Shown here in pieces: positions 55,495 to 62,609 of a stretch of 64,000 bases of DNA. Source of the DNA: Pseudomonadota bacterium. Lineage in GTDB: Bacteria; Pseudomonadota; Alphaproteobacteria; Rickettsiales; UBA8987. The stretch's first letter is position 1. Each line of letters starts with the position of its first letter. The position numbers and the translations under genes were made by a program. The stretch covers positions 69,130-133,129 of the forward strand of contig JBEHXK010000005.1 in the NCBI GenBank assembly GCA_048498735.1. The letters are read 5' to 3'. The notes below the pieces were generated by a model. That model did not search any database and was not told the DNA's origin. It saw only the letters and a program-made list of their open reading frames with translations.

Positions 55495-56400
55495 ATGCCA
55501 AATGAAGCTGCCAGTAAAGTTACCAAGGCAGAGACACCTGAACAAGCTGCGATAGAAACCAAACCTTCTTTCCTTAAGCTGATATCTGACAAAATTGCAA
55601 ACCTTGTACCTTCAAAAAAGAGTGACAGCGCAAACACTATTGATGAGATTCTGGAAAACCCAAAACCCGCAACACCGGTTGATGCAAAAGAACAGGCGAT
55701 ATTAAAAAACGTTCTCGAGTTTAAAGAGCTCCATGTTGAAGATGTAATGATCCCGCGAGCTGATATTTTTGCGATTCCGGAAGATATCGAATTTACCGAG
55801 CTGCAGGCAAAACTTTCTGACAAAACCTTCACTCGCATACCAGTTTATAAAGGTGAACTTGATGAGATTTTAGGCTTTATACACATTAAAGATGTGGCGC
55901 GCTCTTTCTTTGAGAACAAACAATTCAAAATCTCTGAAAGCATCAGGAAATGCCTGTTTGTGCCGCCTTCAATGAAGATAACCAACCTGCTTATCCGCAT
56001 GCAGCAGACGCATGTTCACATTGCAATAGTTATCGATGAATATGGTGGCACGGAAGGCATTATCACTATGGAAGATATTGTTGAAGAGATAGTCGGCAAT
56101 ATTGAAGATGAGCATGATGAAGATGATGGCCAGACATTATTCAGAAAAATCAGCGATGATATTTTTGAAGTGAATTCGCGTATGCCGGTGGAAGAATTCA
56201 CTCGTCGCACAGGGATTGAATTAAGCCTTCCTGATTCGGAAAATACTTTTGATACAGTTGGTGGATTGGTTGCTTATATTTTAGGGCGCATACCTGTTAA
56301 GGGTGAAGTGATAAATTTCAGCGATGCGATAGAATTTGAAGTGACTGATGCAGATGCAAGAAGTGTTCGCAGATTGATCGTGAAGAAAAAAGGCGAATAG
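55495..56400 (+). CDS. corC: CBS-pair / CorC_HlyC-domain protein (CorC/YbeX, TlyC-like)
   Basis: Tandem CBS domains (VEDVMIPRADIF..., HVHIAIVIDEYGGTEGIITMEDIVEEIVG) and a C-terminal transporter-associated domain. There is no DUF21 membrane domain. Confidence 0.85.
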   Translation: MPNEAASKVTKAETPEQAAIETKPSFLKLISDKIANLVPSKKSDSANTIDEILENPKPATPVDAKEQAILKNVLEFKELHVEDVMIPRADIFAIPEDIEFTELQAKLSDKTFTRIPVYKGELDEILGFIHIKDVARSFFENKQFKISESIRKCLFVPPSMKITNLLIRMQQTHVHIAIVIDEYGGTEGIITMEDIVEEIVGNIEDEHDEDDGQTLFRKISDDIFEVNSRMPVEEFTRRTGIELSLPDSENTFDTVGGLVAYILGRIPVKGEVINFSDAIEFEVTDADARSVRRLIVKKKGE

Positions 56401-56431
56401 AAAATCGAAATCCATCTCTTAAGAAAACAAA

Positions 56432-56455
56432 AACCCCGCCGGTTAAAGCGGGGTT
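56432..56455. terminator. Bidirectional rho-independent terminator between corC and gap
   Basis: Stem AACCCCGC / GCGGGGTT, loop CGGTTAAA. A T-rich run follows on both strands (TTTTCTT / TTTTTGTTTTCTT). Confidence 0.8.
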
Positions 56456-56487
56456 TTCTTATTTACCAACCAACGGTAATTTTATAC

Positions 56488-57492
56488 TTATAGTTTACCC
56501 CATTTTGCGGCAACATCAAGCATTCTTACAGAAAAAGCCCACTCATTATCATACCAGGAAACCAGGCGAATAAAGTTCTTATTAAGCACATAAGTGCCTG
56601 TTGCATCGAACACCGAAGAATGTGGATTTCCGTTATAATCTATTGAAACCAAAGGCTCATTTGTATATCCAAGAACGCCTTTCATTGCGCCTTCAGATGC
56701 TTTTTTCATCAGATCATTTATCTCCTGAGCGGATGTTTCACGTGAAACAACGGCGGTGAAATCAACCATTGATACATTCGGAACCGGAACACGAACTGCA
56801 CAACCATCAAGTTTGCCTTTTAATTCCGGCAGCACCTGACCGATCGCTTTTGCAGCTCCGGTTGAAGTTGGAATGATAGAAAGATTGGCCGCGCGTGCAC
56901 GTTGCAAGTCTTCATGTGCAGCATCAGTTAAGTTCTGATCGCTTGTATATGCGTGAACGGTTGTAACGAAACCGGTTTCAATTTTCATTGCATCATTGAT
57001 AACTTTTGCTACCGGCGCAAGGCAGTTTGTTGTGCATGAGCCAATAGAAATAATGCGATGTTCTTTCTTCAGATCTTTATCATTAACACCAAGAACTATA
57101 CATGCATCAGCATCCGGACTTGGGGCAGAGATGATAACTTTTACATCGCTGATAGCGCGATATTTCTCAGCATCATCTTTCTTGCGGAAGTGGCCGGTGC
57201 ACTCAAGCACGATGTCAGCGCCGCATGATTTCCAGTCGATCTTGGCAGGATCACGCTCATTAAAGCGAACTATTTTTCCACGGCCAACATCGAACGAATT
57301 CTCATCGCCTTTTACATCAGCTTTTAACGTGCCGTGAATAGAATCATATTTCAAAAGGTGAACGTGACGTTTGATATCACCGGGTGCATTTACACCGACG
57401 ATCTCTATATCATTGCGACCAGATTCAACATAGTGACGAAGGATGCAACGCCCTATCCTGCCCATTCCATTAAGTGCTACTTTTACTGCCAT
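56488..57492 (-). CDS. gap: Glyceraldehyde-3-phosphate dehydrogenase
   Basis: NGMGRIGR NAD motif and the active site GSCTTNCLAP. 334 aa. Confidence 0.95.
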   Translation of the reverse strand: MAVKVALNGMGRIGRCILRHYVESGRNDIEIVGVNAPGDIKRHVHLLKYDSIHGTLKADVKGDENSFDVGRGKIVRFNERDPAKIDWKSCGADIVLECTGHFRKKDDAEKYRAISDVKVIISAPSPDADACIVLGVNDKDLKKEHRIISIGSCTTNCLAPVAKVINDAMKIETGFVTTVHAYTSDQNLTDAAHEDLQRARAANLSIIPTSTGAAKAIGQVLPELKGKLDGCAVRVPVPNVSMVDFTAVVSRETSAQEINDLMKKASEGAMKGVLGYTNEPLVSIDYNGNPHSSVFDATGTYVLNKNFIRLVSWYDNEWAFSVRMLDVAAKWGKL

Positions 57493-57627
57493 ATTTCCTT
57501 AAAAAGCTAATTTTAATGAGGTTTTGGATTTTATATAAGCCCTGAACAGAGAATTGCAAGAAAAACTGCGTGCTATTAAGGCTTTATTAATGTTTCAGAG
57601 ATATAATAAGAGAATAAATTTCAGAAT

Positions 57628-58491
57628 ATGGGTGGGATTTTTCAAATAGATGAAATTATAAATGCGCTAAACAAGAATTTTAGCCTGAATGATTTTTATC
57701 TTTATAAAAACGAAACGAGAGAGGCTCTAAATGCGCTTAATGAAAATGATAATAGACTCAAGCCAAAAACCCGTGAGCGGATACAAAATTTTTACAAATT
57801 AATAGACGAAATTGAAGCATATAATAAAGAATATCCAGCAGAAGATGCGCCGGATAAATTTTCTGCGGGAACTGCGGAGCAGGTGAATCAAAATCAGATA
57901 GGTATAACAAATGTAAAGGCAGAAAGATATATAGCCGCCACGTGTGGAGCCGCTTCATGTATAGCAAATGGTTTATATAGTCCAAAGATGAAAGAAGCAG
58001 CAATGGTTCATATAGATTCGTTATCAGATATTAGGTCATTAGATAAATATATAAAAAGTTTAAAATGCTCTAAAGAAAATAAGCTTGAAGTGCATTTAAG
58101 AGGTGCTACGCAGAATATACAACTGGCGCACAAAATATTAAATTATTATATCAAACAAGATGGAGTAGAGATAAAAACTTGTAGACTCAATTCTGGCAAG
58201 ATTGAGAATCTGGCAATCGACGCAGAAAGCGGCAAAACCTATACAGAATTTTCTAATCTCGATCTTTTGCCAAACTATTATTCAGAATATGAATGTAGCA
58301 TAACAAGGCCTATTAAATGCGCTTTTGATCATAGGGATACAAAGAAAGAAAGCAAAAAAGGAAGTTATTCTGATAAAATAAAAGAAGAAAAAGAAATTCA
58401 GAATTTAAAGGTAAGGGTAGCAGAAGAACCCCACCAAAAAAGCTTAAATCATGGGAAGATAAAGTATAATATTATCTTACTTGTTTTCTAG
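57628..58491 (+). CDS. Hypothetical protein with a CheD-like (deamidase-fold) central domain
   Basis: 287 aa. Residues ~100-215: YIAATCGAASCIANGLYSPKMKEAAMVHIDSL ... KLEVHLRGATQN ... GVEIKTCRLNSGKIENLAIDAESGKTY. These parallel CheD blocks (recalled: TLGLGSCVAV..D......A..AH.MLP; GGA.MF; I....DTGG..GR...F....G...). Thr105/Cys111/His128 are spaced like the CheD triad. The 3' end overlaps the tkt stop region by 20 nt. Confidence 0.5.
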   Translation: MGGIFQIDEIINALNKNFSLNDFYLYKNETREALNALNENDNRLKPKTRERIQNFYKLIDEIEAYNKEYPAEDAPDKFSAGTAEQVNQNQIGITNVKAERYIAATCGAASCIANGLYSPKMKEAAMVHIDSLSDIRSLDKYIKSLKCSKENKLEVHLRGATQNIQLAHKILNYYIKQDGVEIKTCRLNSGKIENLAIDAESGKTYTEFSNLDLLPNYYSEYECSITRPIKCAFDHRDTKKESKKGSYSDKIKEEKEIQNLKVRVAEEPHQKSLNHGKIKYNIILLVF

Positions 58492-60439
58492 CGGCTTCAA
58501 TTATCGCATTCGTTGTAATGCCGAAATGTTCGTATAGTTTCTCAGCCGGACCTGATGCGCCGAATGAATTCATGCCGATAAAGCCGCCTTTTTTACCTAT
58601 ATAGCGCTCCCAACCAAATTTACTAGCCGCCTCAACAGCTATTTTTGGCAGAGAATCCTTACCTAGAATGGATTTTTTGTATTTCTTGGTTTGCTTTTCG
58701 AACAGCTCCCAGGAAACAAACGAAGCAACGTTTGCTTTAATATTTTCCGCAGCTAATTTTTCTGCCGCTTCGATGCATAATGAAACCTCAGAACCAGTGC
58801 CGAGCAGAATAATATCCGGATTTTCATGCGCCTTTAAAAGATACGCACCTTTCTCAGAAAGATTTTCAGCCTTCAGCTCTTTACGTAAATTAGGAACATC
58901 CTGACGTGTAAGCACCAACATTGTCGGGCCCTTGGTATTTTCAAGCGCGATCTGCCATGATTCAAGAGTTTCGGTCGCATCAGCAGGGCGAAGCACTAAA
59001 AGATTTGGTATTGAGCGCATGCTTGCAAGATGTTCAACCGGTTGGTGAGTTGGGCCATCTTCACCAAGGCCGATAGAATCATGCGTCATGACATAAATCA
59101 CCGGCTGGTTCATCAAGGCCGCCAAACGGATTGATGGCTTGCAATAATCAGTGAATACGAAGAAGGTTCCGCCATACGGCCTGAAACCACCGTGAAGTGT
59201 GATGCCGTTCATCGCAGCACACATTTCATGTTCACGGATGCCGTAATATATATAGCTGCCGGAAAAATCAGAAGCAGTTATCGGCTTCATATCGTTCTTG
59301 GTCAGGTTTGAACCGGTAAGATCCGCCGAGCCACCGATAAGTTCAGGCATAACGGCAGCAAGTGCTTTCAGTGATTCGCCAGAAGCCTTGCGCGTTGCCA
59401 TTTTCGTGTGGGCTGAAAATACTTCTTTCTGTTTCAGGATCGCAGCATTCAATTCAGCAGGAAGTTTGTGATTAAATGTGCGCTCAAATTCTTTTTTATT
59501 TTCTGATGCGCGTAATTTATTTTTCCACGAGTTATAAGTTTTTACACTTCGTTGGCCCGCTTCTTTCCACCAGCTCAGAATATTTTCAGGAATAACGAAA
59601 GGCTCGTGGTGCCAGCTGATATTTTTACGCACGCCCTCGATCTCAGTTTTACCGAGTGGTGAACCATGGCTTGAGGAAGTGCCGGCTTTTGTTGGAGCAT
59701 TTTTCGCAATGGTTGTGCGGCATGCTATCATTGAAGGCTTATCAGAGGTTTGAGCATTTGTAAGTGCTGTACGAATCTCGTCAAAATTGTGGCCATCAAT
59801 AGTTTGAACATACCAGCCGCAAGCCTCAAAACGTTTCTGTTGATCTTCAGAAGTTGAAAGAGATGTTGGGCCATCGATAGAGATTTTATTATCATCCCAC
59901 AGAACGATAAGCTTATTTAATTTTAAATGCCCTGCTAAGGAAATTGCTTCCTGTGAAATGCCTTCCATCAGGCAGCCATCACCAGCGATAACATAAGTTT
60001 TATGATCGACCAGATCATTACCGAAACGCGAATTAAGCATTCTTTCAGCAAGTGCAAAACCAACTGAATTTGCAATACCCTGCCCTAATGGACCGGTGGT
60101 TGTTTCAATGCCGCCCGCATGACCATATTCAGGGTGGCCACAAGTGCGCGAACCAAGCTGGCGGAAATTTTTGATCTCATCCAGGGTTATATCTTCATAA
60201 CCGGTGAGATATAATAAAGAATATAACAGCATTGAACCATGACCTGCCGAAAGGATGAAACGATCACGATCAGGCCAGTTAGGTTCTGCCGGGTTGAACT
60301 TCAGGAATTCACTGAAAAGAACAGTTGCAACATCTGCCATGCCCATAGGCATACCAGGGTGGCCGGAATTGGCTTTTTCTACGGCATCCATTGAAAGGAC
60401 GCTAATGGCATTTGCCATTTCTTGAAGATTTACAGTCAT
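58472..60439 (-). CDS. tkt: Transketolase
   Basis: 655 aa. N-terminal SGHPGMPMGMAD, the TPP-binding GDGCLMEG, and HDSIGLGEDGPTHQP. Confidence 0.97.
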   Translation of the reverse strand: MTVNLQEMANAISVLSMDAVEKANSGHPGMPMGMADVATVLFSEFLKFNPAEPNWPDRDRFILSAGHGSMLLYSLLYLTGYEDITLDEIKNFRQLGSRTCGHPEYGHAGGIETTTGPLGQGIANSVGFALAERMLNSRFGNDLVDHKTYVIAGDGCLMEGISQEAISLAGHLKLNKLIVLWDDNKISIDGPTSLSTSEDQQKRFEACGWYVQTIDGHNFDEIRTALTNAQTSDKPSMIACRTTIAKNAPTKAGTSSSHGSPLGKTEIEGVRKNISWHHEPFVIPENILSWWKEAGQRSVKTYNSWKNKLRASENKKEFERTFNHKLPAELNAAILKQKEVFSAHTKMATRKASGESLKALAAVMPELIGGSADLTGSNLTKNDMKPITASDFSGSYIYYGIREHEMCAAMNGITLHGGFRPYGGTFFVFTDYCKPSIRLAALMNQPVIYVMTHDSIGLGEDGPTHQPVEHLASMRSIPNLLVLRPADATETLESWQIALENTKGPTMLVLTRQDVPNLRKELKAENLSEKGAYLLKAHENPDIILLGTGSEVSLCIEAAEKLAAENIKANVASFVSWELFEKQTKKYKKSILGKDSLPKIAVEAASKFGWERYIGKKGGFIGMNSFGASGPAEKLYEHFGITTNAIIEAARKQVR

Positions 60440-60575
60440 TTAAGAAGTTTGGGCTTTAATGGCTAAATAAATACAGGCAATTTACTATATCAAAAGAAAT
60501 GCCAAAACAAGCGTTAATTTGCTTGTTATAGATGATTTAGTGATAGTATATTCACAGGCAGTACATGCCCCAAAA

Positions 60576-60590
60576 TTAAGGGAAAATTAA
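60576..60590 (+). promoter_or_regulatory. CtrA-box-like motif TTAA-N7-TTAA upstream of the virB4-like gene
   Basis: TTAAGGGAAAATTAA, 36 nt upstream of the ATG at 60626. The motif is expected several times by chance in 64 kb of AT-rich DNA. Confidence 0.25.
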
Positions 60591-60625
60591 TAGAATTTTA
60601 GTAAAAATTATGCTAATATCACGCT

Positions 60626-62605
60626 ATGGCGCTATCAATTAAAAAAAGCGAAACCAAAACTCACAATGCTGTTGAGGAATTTATTCCCTATGCAGCCCAT
60701 TTCGATGAAAACACTGTTCTGACAAAAAACGGCGAGTTATTGCAGACAATAAGAATAACAGGATTTCCAGCAGAGATAATAAAGGTTGGTGATGAAAGCC
60801 CGAAAACTCTGCGTGAGGCAATAAGGGATTCGATAAAACGAAATATAAAGACCGACAATTTTTCCTTCTGGTTTCACACAATTCGCGCGCAGAGGGATAT
60901 ATCAAACGCAGGCAATTTCAAAAATCAGTTCGCAAAAGCACTTGATGATAAATGGATCGAGAAGAATAAATTCCGCACACAATTCGTGAATGAGCTCTAT
61001 ATCACAGTGGTTTATGAAGGCTGGGCACTGCCTATCAAGAATCCCAGGGTTCTTATGGATAATCTGTTTGCAGCAAGCGAGCTTGAAAGCCAGCGACAGA
61101 AATTTCTGGAAGCTTCGAGAGATCTTACCAGGATAACAGAAAATATCATGGTTGATCTGCAGCATTTCGGGCCGCAGAGATTGGGCATATTCAAGCGCAA
61201 AGGGATTTATTATTCTGAAATTATCAGCTTCATCAGCAAATTAATGAATCTGAAAGAATATGATGTACCGCTAGCGCCCGCAGATCTATCCCAGTTGCTC
61301 CCTACCCACAAAACCATTTTTCAATATAATACCGTGCAGGTTGAAGGTGCTACAGGAAAACATTTCGGCGCAGTGATGAGCGTTAAGGAATATCATGAGA
61401 TAGCGATCGGTGAACTTGAAAAACTTATACAGCTGCCGGTCAATTTGATCATTACAGAAACATTTACTTATGCGCCATCGGGACAGGTTCTCGCAAGTTT
61501 CGAAGATCAGAAAAAAATATATGATATTTCCGGCAAGAAATATATGGCTGAGGTTTCAACCATCGATGAAATGTTTACGGCAAATAAGGATGATCCAACC
61601 AGCTTCGGCGAACACCAGACCACCATTACGATAATAGAAGATACGGTTAAAGCGATGCAGGCCGCAGTATCAAAAGTTGTGGATGTAATGCGAGATATAG
61701 GTGCGGTTTTTGTGCGCGAGGATCTTTTTGTAGAGAACTGCTACTGGTCATCACTGCCCGCAAACTTTGATTTCATAAAAAGAAAAAGCTATACGCTTTC
61801 AAACAAGATGGCAGGCTTTTGCTCGCTTTATAATTTTGTTACCGGCAAGCAGAAAGATAACCATTGGGGTGATGCTGTTACGGTTTTCCATACTGTTCAG
61901 GGCAATCCATATTTTTTCAATTTTCATTATAAAGGTCATGGCAATACCCTGATATTATCGGCAGATGCGACAAAACGAAATGCGATGCTTAACTTCCTAT
62001 TGGCCCAGGCACAAAGATTCGATCCAAGAATTTATCTAGTGGAAAGCAATGAAAGTTCAAAGCAGATAATAGAAACTTTAGGTGGGAAATATCTGACACC
62101 GCAAAATCACGACAGGGCAGAAAATATTAATGCGTTCAATGTATCGGAAAGTTCTTTAGAAGATATGCGCCAGTTCATATCAGGGCTAATATCACAAATG
62201 GATGTTCAGGCTCCCAACATATTAGTGATAGATATGAGCGTGGTCAGTAACAGGCCGGAGCTGAAAGATGACCTTGCGATATGGGCAGAGGAAATAGAAT
62301 CTAAGAACGGGATGATATTATTTGTTTCCGATGGCAGCAAGGAGGAATTAAACCTTCTCAGCGGTAAGGCTTTTGATTCGGTGAAAACAAAAATCTATCT
62401 TACCAATCTTGAGATTGACGAAAAGACGGGATTTTCACTGGGAATGAATAAAAAAGATATTAAGCAAATAAGATCATTCAAAGCAGACAAATCATTTTTG
62501 ATAAATCGCCTGAACAATAGTGTATCTGCGCGTTTTGACATAGATAAATTACCAGAGCTTAAAGACATACTTGCAGGAACAGTTGAAGAGGGAAAGACCC
62601 CATAA
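60626..62605 (+). CDS. virB4: VirB4-family type IV secretion protein, paralog with degenerate NTPase motifs
   Basis: N-terminal VirB4/CagE-type domain (EEFIPYAAHFDENTVLTKNGELLQTIRITG). At the Walker A position, PYFFNFHYKGHGNTLILSADATKRNAMLNFLLAQ replaces G-P-T-G-S-G-K-T/S. Walker B reads ILVIDM (DE to DM). The TQS-type motif reads FVSDG. 659 aa versus ~800 for typical VirB4. Confidence 0.8.
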   Translation: MALSIKKSETKTHNAVEEFIPYAAHFDENTVLTKNGELLQTIRITGFPAEIIKVGDESPKTLREAIRDSIKRNIKTDNFSFWFHTIRAQRDISNAGNFKNQFAKALDDKWIEKNKFRTQFVNELYITVVYEGWALPIKNPRVLMDNLFAASELESQRQKFLEASRDLTRITENIMVDLQHFGPQRLGIFKRKGIYYSEIISFISKLMNLKEYDVPLAPADLSQLLPTHKTIFQYNTVQVEGATGKHFGAVMSVKEYHEIAIGELEKLIQLPVNLIITETFTYAPSGQVLASFEDQKKIYDISGKKYMAEVSTIDEMFTANKDDPTSFGEHQTTITIIEDTVKAMQAAVSKVVDVMRDIGAVFVREDLFVENCYWSSLPANFDFIKRKSYTLSNKMAGFCSLYNFVTGKQKDNHWGDAVTVFHTVQGNPYFFNFHYKGHGNTLILSADATKRNAMLNFLLAQAQRFDPRIYLVESNESSKQIIETLGGKYLTPQNHDRAENINAFNVSESSLEDMRQFISGLISQMDVQAPNILVIDMSVVSNRPELKDDLAIWAEEIESKNGMILFVSDGSKEELNLLSGKAFDSVKTKIYLTNLEIDEKTGFSLGMNKKDIKQIRSFKADKSFLINRLNNSVSARFDIDKLPELKDILAGTVEEGKTP

Positions 62606-62609
62606 AAAT

